Virus record (IMG/VR): IMGVR_UViG_3300045988_160359
Coordinates: 53,570 to 117,569 of that record
DNA length: 64,000 nt
Strand: one strand, 5' to 3'
Origin: a virus
Shown: in pieces, positions 13,924 to 27,901 of the stretch
Numbering within the stretch: position 1 is the stretch's first letter
How the letters are laid out: every line of letters starts with the position of its first letter
The notes under the pieces: model-generated
What the model saw: only the letters and a program-made list of their open reading frames with translations
Told to the model about the DNA's origin: nothing
The model's database searches: none
Program-made: the position numbers and the translations under genes

Positions 13924-14835
13924 ATGCCAAATATTAATTATGTTAAGTTTTAGCGTGGTACATTAAAAGCTTATAATTCACAAGTTAATAGAAACTTGAT
14001 TGATAATAATACTTTATATTTTGTTTATGAATCTGCCGCGGCAACTTCTGGCCAATTATATTTAGGTAAAAAGTTAATTAGTGGAGTTGGCTCTGGAACT
14101 TCTGTCACTAAATTATCTGAATTAAAAGATGTTATAGCTACTACTGCTGAAAATGGCTCATTTTTAGTATGTAATGCAGAGGGCAAGTGGGAAGCAACTA
14201 CATTAACTGATGTTGCCTCTTTAATCGCTAATCAATTACAAATTAATGTAAATACTAATACATTTGAATTCGTTGAAGTAAGTGGTTAGAATCCTGAATT
14301 AAATTTATTAGGATTTAATTCTGCTACAAATGGTTCTTATGCTAAAGTAGGCGATGATGGAAAACTTAAATGGATAAAACCAGATAAAGATTTTGATGTT
14401 ATTGCTTAGGAAGTTGGTAATTTACAAACTACTATTGCAGGTTTAGACACTGTAATTGCTAATAAAATTGCTCAAGCTAATCACTTAACTTATAAAAAAG
14501 TCTCTAGTTTAGATGAGATTAAAGAAACTAATACCATTTATTTAGTTCCAAAAGAAGGCTCAGAAAATGATGCATATACTGAGTATATGTTTATTGATTC
14601 TAAAGTTGAACATTTAGGGACATTCAATAATGGTGATTTAAGTGGTTATGTTACTACTGAGTAGTTGCAAGCTGTTGATGGGAAATTTTAGAATTATATT
14701 ACAAAAACTGCGTTTAATACAACAGTTGGTAATTTAGATGAATTAAATAATTACACTGAAGGTACTACTATTGTAAATGAAATTAATAACATTTATGATA
14801 GATTAGTGTGGAAAGAAATTGAAACAGTTAGTTAA
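13924..14835 (+). CDS. Tail fibre-like protein (303 aa) with the conserved phage tail-fibre N-terminal motif
   Basis: RBS aaaggagaaaattATG precedes the start. The N-terminus VKF-(TAG)-RGTLKAYNSQ...LYFVYESAAATSGQLYLG matches the R-G-T...DTGKLYIG motif seen at tail-fibre and hyaluronidase N-termini. Frame 1 is open (line-aligned, checked) through 4 TAG codons to TAA 14833-14835. Confidence 0.7.
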
Positions 14836-14862
14836 TAAAATTTTTTAGGGAGGTCTATTATA

Positions 14863-16521
14863 ATGGCTTTAAATGATAAAGTAATGTTCAAACTTGGTAC
14901 TCAAGCCAAGATTGATAAAATGATAGCTGACAAAACTGGTTATAATGTTGGTACATTTTATTTAACTAAAGATAGTGACCGTCTATATATTGGTCAAGCT
15001 ACTGGTCTAAAGTTATTAAATAAAAGCGTTCAAGTTGTTGAAACTGAAGCTGGTTTAGAATCATTAACTGCTAGTTGGGGTACTGACGCACTATCCCATA
15101 AAGATGATCTTGCTTATATCTCTGGTAAAAATATTCTTGCCTATTTTAATGGTACTGGTTGGACTCAAATTAATCCTGACCATAATGATCAATTACAGTC
15201 AGTTCTTGTTAATGTAGAAGATGCTACCAAAGGCGCAAAAGTAACAACTGAAGTTACAGTTGGTAGTATTGTTAAATCTGATGCTTTTACTGTTACTGGC
15301 GCTAATGGAGCAAAAGTTGAAAGAGTTGATGGCAATAATATTAAAGTAACTGGCGATACTTATACTATGACAGTCAATGCTGATAAAACCAATGATGTTG
15401 ACATTGACTTAACAAGTTCACTAGGACAAGCACCGAGTAAAGTACACTTAGTTGGTGGTAATAATGTTACCGTAAGTAAAGGAACTGCTGACAATACTAT
15501 TAATATTGCTGCTACAGATACTACTCTATCTGAAGGAGTAAGTTCTATTGATAATACTGGTAAATTGACCATTGAGTTCTCTGACACTGCTGGCAATAAT
15601 CCTTCTACTAATGTAACTCTTGGAGCTTATTTAGATGATGGATTCCACGCCATTGGTGGCAATACTGAAGAAACTAAATCTCAATGGCCTGTATACACCA
15701 AGAATCAAGTTGATGATAAATTTAAGACTCTAAATCCTATGCGTTATAGAGGTACATTAGGTTCTTCTGGTCAACATGACATTACTACTGATTTTAATTT
15801 AGTTGATGGCTTAACTGATGTTAGCTCTGGTGATATGTTCTTAGTCAGCGGTTCTGCTAAATACGGAACAGGTAAAACGGCAAAATCTGGCGATATTTTA
15901 ATTGCTAGCGGTACTGAAAATAATGATGGCGTATTTGATGATACTCATCCAATTACCTGGAATTTTATTCCTTCTGGTGATGAATAGGCACTAGATACTC
16001 AGTATACATTTACCGTTGATAAGAGTACCAATACTATGACTATTTATAGTAGTTTAAATGGTACTGAGAATAATGTCGGTAAGATTCAATTATTAGCAGG
16101 CTCTGATATTACACTATCTACTACTACCAATGATACTTCTACTGGTGGCGGGGATAAAAATCAACTCTTAACTACTATTGCTCACGCAGCTCTATTTGAT
16201 GCAACTAAGAATATTAGTAAGAATACTGCTAATTTAACCCAAGCTAATAATACTTTTAATGCTATTAAAAATATTACTGTTAATAAAAATGGACATGTTA
16301 CTGCCATTGAGACTGAGACTGTAAATCCAATTACTTATACACCTGGCCCTGGAGCTGTTGATGCCATCGACAAAGGGGTTAAATTTAGTTATAGTCTTAA
16401 CGCTGGCGATGAGGCAGTGACTGATGACAATGCTTACTTCAATTTAACTTCAACAACTCTATCTGTCACTGCAGCAAGTTCTGCAACAGCATCTGTTGAA
16501 TTACTATGGGGCGAGTTTTAA
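14863..16521 (+). CDS. Tail fibre protein (552 aa)
   Basis: RBS gggagg precedes the start. The N-terminus MFKLGTQAKIDKM...GTFYLTKDSDRLYIGQ carries the tail-fibre motif. ORFs 14863..15987 and 16036..16521 are joined by TAG 15985-15987. The gene stops at TAA 16519-16521. Confidence 0.75.
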
Positions 16522-16579
16522 TTTAAGGACAATCTATAATAATTATATTCGTGGTTTTTTTAAAAATCAACGAAGGAAT

Positions 16580-16615
16580 TTGGGAGAGGAAAAATTCCTC
16601 TCCCATTTTTTTTAT
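16580..16615 (+). terminator. Rho-independent terminator (gggagagga-aaaaat-tcctctccc followed by T8)
   Basis: A perfect 9-bp GC-rich stem is followed by a T-run at 16606-16613, directly downstream of the 14863-16521 gene. Confidence 0.85.
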
Positions 16616-16663
16616 ATATAATTTTGTTTTATATAAAATTTAAGATAGAAAGGAGATACTTGC

Positions 16664-19600
16664 ATGAGCAATAAACGATTCATCCCTGTTCGTGGTACTG
16701 AAGCTAAATTAGATTTAATGGGTTTTAATGATGGGTATGTTTATTTTGCAGTTGATACTGGTAAAATTTTCATAGACTATACTCAAGCTGATGGTACAAT
16801 GGTATCACGAAAGCTTTTAGGAAGCGGTAGTGGTGGTGGCTCAGGAAGTAATTCTGGTATTTATTATGCCAATTATACTCCGACTGATGCTGAAAAATTA
16901 GAAGATGAAATCAATATTCCAATCGGAGCTATTGAAGGTGGAGAGTACCCTGAAGAAGATGATTTAATTATCAATTTAGGTGATAATTGTTTTTATCGTG
17001 TAATAAAAGTTCAGCGAGCATTTCAAAATGTGCTATGTCGTCGTTTAACTGTTGCTGGTGGAGGCGGAGGAGATGACCCTAGTTCATTGGCTTCTGATAT
17101 TGAATTAACCGTAGACTCATTACCTACTGTTAATTTAATTAATGGGCGTTCTCAAGAAATAACATTTGTTGCGACATCAGCAAAAAATAAAAAGGGTAAT
17201 TCTTATGACTCTATTCTAACAATTAATTGGAAATTAGAATATACTGATGATGGCACCAATTATAATCAATACAATTCAGGAACATTCCAAGTACCTGATG
17301 GTGAGAAATATGCTTTTGAATTTGGTAAATTGGCTAAAGATGATGCTTCTTCAAGATTGGTATTAGTGGCTAGCCAAACCAATCATCCAAGTACAGTTAC
17401 TCGTTTGATAACATTTAAAACTTCTAAATTAGAGTTACAAGAATCAAGTAGTTTTTCTAATTTAAGTTATTTTGAGCCTAGTAAATTAGTATTACAATGT
17501 AATGTTAATGGTGCGATGGATAAAATTGTTGAATATTATTTTGACAATGAAGATGAACCATTTTTAAGTGTACCTTTAGCTGCTAATTCAACTACGTTAT
17601 AGACTGTTAATGTTTCACAATATATCCCTGTAGTTAATGGTTATCATAAAGTTTGGATTCGTTTATTCCAATCAATTAATGGCAAAAAAGGGATTGAAGT
17701 TAATCCTTTAATTTTTGAAATAGCTGTTTATGATGGTCTAGACCCTCAAGCTCCTCCAATTATTTGGTTAGGAGATTATAAAGATGAATATTATAATTAT
17801 GACACTATTCAAATTCCTTTCCGTGTTTTTGACCCATAGGCCGAAAACCCAGTAGTACATTTTAAACGTAATAACATTGAACTTTCTTATTCTCCTCAAA
17901 CAATTACAGATTCTAAGAAATTTGCTATTTTTGAAATCGCTAATCCTGAATTAAATGTAATTAATCACTACACTATTACTTGTGGTGATGGAACTCGTGA
18001 AACTACTCGTAAGATTGAAATTCGTGTTGTAAATGACCCAACAAGAACAGACTTTGGTATTTAGAAATAGGGATTTTTGACTTATTTATTAAATACAGTA
18101 GGTAGTGGACGTTCTAATTCTGAAACGTTAGCTAAACGTACTACTTTAATAAATTCTTCTACTGCTTTAGGGGCTGAGCCTTGCGCGGCGACGTTTACTA
18201 ATTTTAATTGGTATAATAATGGTTGGACTACGGATGAAGATAATAAAACTTGTTTACGTATTAGTAATGGTGCTAAATTATCTATTCCTATTGGTCGTAC
18301 TGTATTTTCAAATCCTAGCGGCTCTCAAGCTACTGAACAGTCTCATAGTATTGAATTAACTTTCAAAATTCGTAATGTTTAGGATTATTCAAATTTAATT
18401 CGTACTATTACTCGTTATAAAAATGATGAAAAATTATATAAAGCATTTTATGATGAAGAAACTGGTAAATTTAATACTACATACACCAACTATGATGCAT
18501 TTTTAGCTTGGTATTTAAAAACTTATGAAGTTGAATTTGTTGATAAAAAAGGTAATAAGCGTAGAATGGAATATGATGATTTAGAGTTTAGTCATATTGC
18601 CAAGCAAATTAATTTAAGTAATGTCATAGGTAGTTACTCTTCTGGTAATACTAAAGCCGTTACTGGTTTATGTTTAGGACCATAGGATGCATTTTTCTCT
18701 AATGGTACTGACACAGTAAACGTATCTTATGTAGAAAATAAAATTATTACTTTATCTGTTGTTTGTAAATATAGTAAAGAAAAAATTCAAAATCTAATTT
18801 ATATTTATTTAAATGGTGTATTAACTAGTGTTGTTAGAAACACTCAAGAAAATGGATTTGTTGTAGAAAATGATAAAATTGAATTTAACAGTAATTATTG
18901 TGATATTGATTTATATAAAGTCCGAGTATATCGCACTGATTTAAATGTTAATGATATTGTCATGAATTATGCTGCTGACTTTGAGAATGTAAATATTTAC
19001 GATCAAAATAAATTAGCAGAAGAAAATACCGCTATTGATGAATTCCAGTTTAGTTATCCTAATATGATAAAGTATAACAATGAACATCCTGATGCTCCAT
19101 TAATGCCTTATATTATTTTTGATACTACTAAATTAGAAGATAGTGAAAATAAACTTCCTTATTCTAAAAAGGTTAAATTAAACATTGGAGTTGAATTTGT
19201 TAACACTCCACTTGAAATGTATTATAATAAAGGTAAATTGGAAGAATTGGCTAAGGCTGATAAATTATTTGGTGATGGTGCGACAGCAGCTGAAAAACAA
19301 AAAGCTGTTGAAACTTATTATAAATATCATTGTCCTTCATTTATTAGTGATAGCGCATCAATGAGCGTTCAAGGAACTTCATCTGAATTCTATCCTCGTA
19401 GAAATTATAAAGTTAAAACTAAAAATAACGATGCGGTTGATGGCGAAAAGCGCGTTAATATTTTCTTAAACCGCGGTCCATTCAGAGAATAGTATAATGC
19501 TGATGTATTAGGTTCTACTCAGAAACCTTATATTTTAAGTACAACATTGGGGCCTCTAGTTGATTCTGCTACTGGTCAATTAAAAATTAAATATTATGAA

Positions 19601-22600
19601 GATGAAAATGGTGAAAAGGAAGTTACATTTAGTGAGACTAATCCTTATAAACCTAATACTTTTTATATTGAAAATACTGCTTATGTAAAACGAGGAGAAG
19701 AAAAAACTCGTCAAAAATATTGGTATTTTAATAATTATACTTGTGGAACCCATAAATTTACTATGAAGATTGACTACATGGAATCTTCTGGAACTTATAA
19801 TATGGGATTCGCAAATATGGTTAAAAATGCTTATTCTAAACATCCATTAGATGATTATAATAATGCAAAAGCATTTTAGGTTTTAGACCCTGACAAAACT
19901 GTTGAGACTGAAACAACTGAGTATGTTCCTGGAACTACTTATACTTATTATAATCATAAAGGCAATCCGAAAACAGCAAGTAATGAAGTTTTAGAAGATA
20001 ATATTGTGATTACCAGCAAAGAAGATTTTGATTTAGGCCCATACGCATTATATCAAAAATTAATGGCTGAAAATCCAACTGTTTATTCAAAATTAAAAGT
20101 AGCTGATTCAAGTAATCCTAAATATAATAAATGGTATATTATGAAACCTGGATACAGTGATTTTAAAGTTGAAAATACTGATGATTATCGCACTTCTGTA
20201 CGAGGGTTCCGTGTACTTGCATTCCATAAAAAGAAACCAGTCGATGGTAGCACAGAGCCTATTTATCAATTTATTGGTATATATAATATGCTTTTAGATA
20301 AAGGTTCTGATGAAGTATATGGATTCGCACTTGACAGTACTACTGGCAAAGATCCAAAAGCTAAATTTATAGGCGATGGTACTAAGAGTATGCCTAAAGT
20401 AGCAGAATGCTGGGAGTTTGAAAACAATAGCCGTACCTTCTGCTCATATCGTGACCCACAAGACCGCAAAGATTTGAAATTTGATGTATTTAATGCTGAT
20501 GGTTCTCGTGTATTAAATGCAGTTCAATCTGCCCCTGTGGTAGCAGACTCATTTGAATATCGTTATCATAATGACGAAGATATTCTTGATTATATTATGG
20601 CTCCTGATGGAGAATGTAAGAAAGACCCAACATTAACATTCTCTAAGGATGATATTACATTAAATCAAGAAAATCGCGCTCAGCATTTATTGAAAGATTA
20701 TTCTAATTGGGAACGTGCTGTAGCTTGGGTTTGGAGTACTTGCACTGAAAAAGTTGTATCAAATGGTACTTATAAAATCTGTGATGTTGGTGAAGAGTTA
20801 TTTGATAGTAATAAACATTATATTATGACAACTAATCCATTAACTTCTGAATAGATTTATACCTTAGCTGAAGAATATATAGAAGGCACTACTTATTATA
20901 AAAAGAATCCTGACTATAATCCTAATCAAGAAAATAGTTATGAATATATTGTTGCTTATGTTGGAACAGTATTATTTAGTGCTATTAAAACTAAATTATA
21001 TACTGGTGAAATTGATAAAAATAATAATATTACTTATGTTCCTTGCTATAGTACTGATACATTTAACCCCGATAAACGTTATTATACTTTGGAATCTTAT
21101 AGCGATGAAGAGTTAGATACAAAGGCTGATAGATTAGTTGTTTTATGTAAAGATGAAACATTTGATGCAAGTAAAACATATTATAATTATGATGGAAATG
21201 CTAAATGCGGTAAAGCAGTGACTAAAGCTACTGTAACTGCTGAAACTTATGAGCCAAATAAATATTATATTGGAACCATTATTACTTATGGTGACCGCTC
21301 TTATAAATATGATACACAAGAGTATCGTGGTGATAAATTTACTTATGAATTAAGTGACCATTTCGATAAAGAATATATGGCTACATATTTTGTTATGACA
21401 GAAATTTTTGAATGTTATGACTCTCGTGGTAAAAACTGCATGATGGCTTCTTGGGGTCCTCAAAAGAAAGGCGGAGACTATATTTGGTATCCAATTTTCT
21501 ATGATATTGATACTCAATTAGGTATTAATAATACTGGTATCCCTTCATTTGAATATAATGTTGATGCTACTGAAGATGGTAACTATTCTACTTCTGATAG
21601 TGTTTTATGGAATAATTTCTATAAATATTTTAAAACTGGCTTAATTATCCCTAAATATAGACATTTACGTGGTATTACTACTGATGTATTTGATTCTAAT
21701 TTAAAACAACCACCTTTAAAAACTGTTGATCGTATTGAGTCATATTATTTAACTGATTATAATATAACAAATAACTTAGCTGACTTGGGCACACGTCCAT
21801 TAGTAGCAGTTAACTTAGATGAATATTATAAATATATTACTATTACGAATGATGCTTCTTACTTAGATGGTACTACTGGACATATTAGTAGTGATACAAC
21901 TGGTGTATATACTGTTGATACTAATGGTACTTATTTCTATGCTTTACAAGGAAATAGAAGTCTATCTCGTCAACAGTTCCTATCTAACCGTTTAGAGTAT
22001 ATTGACTCTTGGTTAAATGAAGGTAACTATCAACGTGGTGGTGCAAACCGCATTCGTGGTCGTGTTGCTGCGAACAATAAAAATAAAACTTCAGATAAGT
22101 GGATTGAAACTGCTAGTGATCCTTATTTTAAGGATGAAAGTACTTTAACTAAAAATCATTTATTTGATGCTGAATATTGGATGACATTAACTCCAGCCCA
22201 CTCTTCTTATGTTACTCTTGGTGATGATAATGAAGCCTATCCTTCTCGTAAATACGATGGTGTTCATGCACTAAGATTTAATATTGATTCTATTGAAAAT
22301 GGTGTCCGTAAGAGTGAAAATTATCCTGAACAATTGCTATATGTTTATGGTATTAACCAAATGAAAGACCTTGGCGATATGAGTAATCTATATTGGCAAG
22401 AGTTTGAAATTTCTGGTGATGCTACTAAATTAACTAGTTTGAAATTAGGATATGATGGTTTGGATGAAAATGGAGAGCGTTGGCATAATGACAATGTTAA
22501 CCAATTCAGTATTCCTGCCAGCTCTTCTGATAGTAAAGGCATGCCCTTATTAAAAGAAGTAAATATGAGTAATATTCAATTTAATGCTGCTTCTCCTATA

Positions 22601-24838
22601 TTAGATTTAACCAGTTGTGAAAAATTAGAGAATTTCCGTGCTACTGGTTCTAATTTAATTAATGTCTAGTTTGCTAAAGGCGTCGCATTAAATACTGTAT
22701 ATTTACCTACTAGTATTACAAATCTTGAATTAGTTGAAGCTAATTTATTAAAGAATGTAATTACTGAAGATGAATATGAGAATCCTACCCGTGATGATGA
22801 AGGTAATTTACATGCTAATCCTGGTTTATATCTCCAAGGTTTCTTTGATAAAACCTCAACTGGAGATAAGGGCGATACAGTAATTGCTTCTCTAAATATT
22901 GCTGGTGGCGGCTTAGGCTATGATAGTTATAAACTATTAAAACAATATTATGCTATTCGCAGTCAATAGACTAATACTTCTCAAATTTCTATGACCGATG
23001 TTAATTGGTGTCCATATGTTTAGATGACTGTTGATGATGAACGTAATCCATCTACTACTTATTATGTGGATAATGGACATTATGGACTAGAACCTTATAC
23101 TTATACTAATTTTGATGCATGGACTATTAAAGTTGAAAATGGTGAAATTTATCGTAAGGATGAAACAATTCCAGAAGATAAAATAAATCAAATTACTGAT
23201 TTAGCTATGTTTAAAGAATTTATTAGTGATAAAAAATGGGTTAAAAATTCTAGTAAAAATATTCCTGATATCTCTGGTATTATTTATATTAATAATACAG
23301 AAGTTATTAAAGAATCTGAATTACGTAATATTATTCAAGTCGCTTATCCTAATTTAACAATTTTCTGTGCAAACGTTGAATAGGGATATACTGCTAGATT
23401 TGTAATTATGGATGAAGATGAAGGTAATGACGGTTGTTATCAGTTAATTGGCTCTATGACTTTAAAAGATGGTGAAACTTGGTTTGCTGATCCTATTGAT
23501 ACATTTGGTGATGTTAGTGAGAAAAAGCCGAATCATGATTTCTATGGTTGGGCATTGACAAATTCTGCTAGCGCTGATATCCTTATTAATATTGATAAAA
23601 GTATCAATAAATGGAATGAACAAACTCTTGATAATAATATTCATACTTATACATTCTATGCTATTTGTCCTATTCACAAATGGAGTGTTAAATATTATTA
23701 TAAAGATAGTACATTAATTGAAGAGAAAAAAATCCCTCATGGTAATTATGCTGTAATGTCTACTATTATTCCTTGGAAAGATGATAGTGATTTACCATTG
23801 GAATAGACCTATAAATTCTTAGGATATAATCGTTCTACTACTTCTAATACAGTTATGAAATTAGAAGAATATATGATTACTGAAGATACTACTTTCTATG
23901 CCGTATTTGATTCTAATCCTATAAGCGTTTATGATGATATCCATCCTGAATATTTTGAGCCTACTACTCAGGAATATAATTCACTATCTTCTCCATCTTC
24001 TTGGATATTTAGCGATCCAACAGAAGGTTTTAATAGTAAATGGTCTGTAATGAGTGATGGTATCGTTTTAGGTTTATGTAAAAAAGTTAAAGGTAAATTG
24101 ACAGTTCCTGCATTTTATGAATACAATGGTAAAAAATTAAAAGTTATTGGTATTGATGCTTCATTTAGTTCTCCTGGTGATGTTACTAATAGTAACCAAG
24201 CAACGCCAAATGCTAAAACGATTGGTGGTAATACTATTGTAGCAACTTGTTATGGAGAAGATTTAACTCATGTGTTCTTCGAGAAGTATACTGATAATGA
24301 TGGTAATTAGAAATGTAATATTAGAAAATTTAATATCGCTACATTCTCTCATTCTTATGGTTTAAAATGGGTAGAATTCCCTGAAGGCTTACGAGTAATT
24401 GATGCTTACTGTTTTGCTTTAAATGGCGATCGTGATAAAAAATTAGTTGGTTCTTTAGAAAATGCTAATATTAGTGGAACAATTACTGAAATAGGTTAGA
24501 GCGGATTTAAAAATAGTTTTAGTCCTAAAGTTGAGGCATTAATTATTGGTCCTTCTGTGAGCTATATTGATGTTCAAGGTATTGATTTCTGGTCTAATTC
24601 AGACTTGAATAAAGGATTAACTGGTGGTATTAATAAAATTATTATTGGTACTCCAGAAGAAAAATCTAAATTATATACTTAGAAAAAGCTCGATTATGGT
24701 TCAACAGGAATTAGAGGATATAGAACCAATGCTGATCGTAAGATTAATAGTATTGATTGGTATACTACATTATCTCGTGATGATACTATTTCAGTCTTTG
24801 GTAGCGGTATTGATACCAGTACGGTAAATTATTTATAA
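16664..24838 (+). CDS. Giant tail fibre / receptor-binding protein (2724 aa); TAG-recoded
   Basis: RBS gaaaggagatacttgcATG precedes the start. The N-terminus PVRGTEAKLDLM...GYVYFAVDTGKIFID carries the tail-fibre motif. Nine ORF-track fragments (16664, 18077, 18962, 19547, 20006, 21089, 23024, 23408, 23855) are all in frame 2. Gaps 17603-18076, 18383-18961, 22670-23023 and 24311-24836 were verified open codon by codon, with only TAG present. The gene stops at TAA 24836-24838. It contains Gly-rich linkers (SGSGGGSGSNSG, VAGGGGGDD). Confidence 0.75.
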
Positions 24839-24853
24839 GGAGGAGAAAAGAAA

Positions 24854-25051
24854 ATGACTAAAATTGTGATGTATGAATACTTAGGCACAAATGGAACTAT
24901 TCTTTCTCCCGTTCATTTAGAAGATATATATTATATCAGAAAACTACGTTTAATTGCTGATGTGAATAAACGTTTGACAAAAAATGATAAAGATTATTGT
25001 CAAGCAATAGTTATTCCAGAAGAAGAATTAGATTAGTGGAAAGAGGTTTAA
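24854..25051 (+). CDS. Small protein (65 aa)
   Basis: RBS aggaggagaaaagaaaATG precedes the start. It reads through TAG 25034-25036 to TAA 25049-25051. Confidence 0.5.
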
Positions 25052-25092
25052 TTGGGTAGTTCCAATTATCTAATATATAACTTTTTTGAAAA

Positions 25093-25126
25093 ATAGAGAG
25101 AAGAGATTAATTCTCTTCTCTCTATA
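25093..25126 (+). terminator. Hairpin (agagagaagag-attaatt-ctcttctctct)
   Basis: An 11-bp perfect inverted repeat sits after the small gene. The trailing T-tract is weak. Confidence 0.45.
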
Positions 25127-25163
25127 AGGGAAAATTATTTTAGAAAGGAAGGTTTTCTAGTCT

Positions 25164-27134
25164 ATGATTACAAAGTATAAAGACTCTGTTAAATTAGCTT
25201 ATTAGAAATTGTATGAAGACATTAATAAAGCTAGTAATGGGGAAATCCAAATTGATAACCTTGAGAGCTTTTTTGGTAACATACAAGAAATTAGTAAGTT
25301 AGATGAAAAGTTTTTAAGACTTCCTTTGGATGAGCCTTTATTTGAAATTGATGCTGATAGTCGTAAAATTACAGTTCCTTCAAATTTTGCTACTAATGGG
25401 TTATCAGTTCAAGGCGATCATTTAGCTGAAACTGTTTTCTTTAGTATTGATAGATATTTTGATTATAAAGATTTAAATACTTGTAATATTCGTATTAATT
25501 GGAAAATTGGTGAGGCTTCTGGCCAATCTATCAATTTCTCCAAAAGCACAGATACTGAGCCTGGTAAAATTATTTTTGGCTGGCCCGTAGCTAAGGATTT
25601 AACTGGCAAAAGTGGTACACTTAGTTTTGCTGTTGAATTTTATAATGAGCATAATGGTAATGTTACATATAGTTTAAATACTCTAATTTCTACCATTAAT
25701 ATTAAAGAAGGTTTAGCATTAATTGAGCCTACCGTAATTAATGTTAATGACGATATTCTGAATATGCTTCAAAATAGTGCATTTGGTGAGGGAGATGCAG
25801 AAGTCCCTGACTTAAAATGGTTAACTAATGGTTTAGTGTTATCCCCTGAAGATACTGTAACATTTAAAGTTATTAATTTAGCTGGTAATGCTACTGATGC
25901 TGGATTGGATACTCAAAAGTTGTCTTCTGTCCCTGTAAAATTATATGCTCGTGCGCAAGCAGGCGCAGCTGATATTAAATATAGTACTCCTGCAGAACGA
26001 GATGATCCTGTTGATGAATATATTCTTGTATCTAAAAAAGATGATGATGGAAATCGTATTAAGTTAGCAGAAGATGGAATTTATTACGTAAAAACTAGTG
26101 ATGGTACTGCTTATCAATTAGCCGAAGCAGATGATATTTTAACTTGGAATAATCCTGATATTATTTCTCCTAATAAAAGTGAAATTTATGCTCGCTATAC
26201 TACTATTATGGTAGAAAAGGCAGGAGAGTATTATGTAAATGCTCAAGGAGTAGTATTTGAAACCGAGAAAGATAAAGAAGGACATGTAATAAAACGTAAA
26301 ATCGGTCAAGGGCCATTAGAAACAACTCCATTCGTTATTTGTCCTGAGCCTGATGCTCCAGACACTATTTCTATTAGTTCTGACCATGCTGATTTAACTG
26401 GTACAGGATATTCTATTGATTTAGAATTTGCAGATTCTACAGCGTTTTTAACTGATGGGGCTGTAGTTTTAGTAGCTAAAGCTTCTGGGTATGATAATAA
26501 AGATGCTTATGAAGCGCCCGCTGAAGGTATTGAACCAAAAGCATTAATTCAATACACTTGGTATAAAGAAGGTTCTGAACAGCCTATTTCTACATCTAAG
26601 TGGGTACGTTCTAATGTAGAAGGTTCACTTGAAATTTCTGAGGAAGGTAAATATACTGTTGGTATTAAATCTTTCTTAAATGGTCATACTAGTGTGGATG
26701 AAGTAAAATCTAATCCTTATATTGTATCTCCATTAGCATCTAAAATTAATAATGATATTACATTTAGTGGATTAACTCGTAAAAATGGTCAATATTGGAT
26801 TAATTTAAATAGATATACTGGTGATTCTGATAGAAATGCTACTAAAGAATTTAATATTACATACACTCTTAATGGTAATTATAGTGATGAAGTTATTTGT
26901 ACTTTATTTGTTCGTGAAGATGGTGAAGATGAAGGTTCATCTACTATTAGCCCAGTTACTTCTGCTTCTGGAGTAAAAATCGTTGTTAAAGATATTGAAG
27001 GTGGTAAACACATTACTTTAAGTTCTGGAGCAATTGATAATAAAGAAGGAAATTATTTCATTCGTTTGACTAATAAATATAATGGAAGCGCTTATTCAGT
27101 AGATAGCGATACATTTTATATTAATATTAACTAA
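25164..27134 (+). CDS. Structural protein (656 aa); its N-terminal domain is paralogous to the next gene
   Basis: RBS gaaaggaagg is followed by ATG 25164. It reads through TAG 25203-25205 into ORF 25209..27134. The motif VPSNFATNGLSVQGDHLAETVFFSIDRYFDYKDLNTCNIRINW parallels VPKSFIIVSQDHSAETLYFTFDRYFDGMDLSNTCCIIQF in the 27164 gene. Confidence 0.7.
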
Positions 27135-27163
27135 TAAATTAAAAGAAAGGAGAATGAATAATC

Positions 27164-27772
27164 ATGATTACTAATTATCAAGATTATGAGAATAAGCTTT
27201 GGTCCATTGATAAATAGATGCGAACTTCCAAAGCCATTCTCCTTCCAACTCCACCTAAAGAAGAATTAATCCCTATCGATTTAAATGAACGTAAAATAAA
27301 AGTGCCTAAGTCCTTCATTATCGTCTCTCAGGACCATTCGGCTGAGACTTTATACTTTACATTTGATCGATATTTTGATGGCATGGATTTATCTAATACT
27401 TGCTGTATCATTCAATTCCAAAATGCAAAAGGTGAAGCTTATTATTATGTAGTACCTTATATGGATATTACTACTGATAATGTAAATCAAAAAATTATTA
27501 TGCCTTGGGTAATTCAAAATGCCGCTACTAAATATGCTGGTACTGTAAAATTTGCTATTAAATTTTTTAAATTGAATGCTGCAGGACATTTAATATATGA
27601 ATTAAATACATTAGTTGCTGAAGCTATTGTAGAACAAGGTTAGAATTGGGATTTAGATAATATCTCTCAAGAAGAATTTGTTTTTGATAAAGCATTTATT
27701 TAGGCAGTTCATGATTTAGAGCAAGCACATCAGAAAGGTACATTTGCTTTAGAGTGGATTGATAATTTTTAA
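27164..27772 (+). CDS. Structural protein (202 aa), paralogous N-terminal domain
   Basis: RBS aaaggagaa is followed by ATG 27164. The gene has 3 in-frame TAG and stops at TAA 27770-27772. Confidence 0.65.
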
Positions 27773-27784
27773 TAAAATGAAAAT

Positions 27785-27825
27785 AAAGGGAAGACTTTAA
27801 ATTAGTCTTCCCTTATTTTTTTTGG
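27785..27825 (+). terminator. Rho-independent terminator (aagggaagact-ttaaatt-agtcttccctt followed by T9)
   Basis: A perfect 11-bp stem is followed by a long T-run. Confidence 0.85.
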
Positions 27826-27901
27826 GTAAATATAAATAATATTTTGATGTAAATTTTTATAATAAATGTATATAATTTACAAAGAGGAAAGGAGTTATAA
27901 A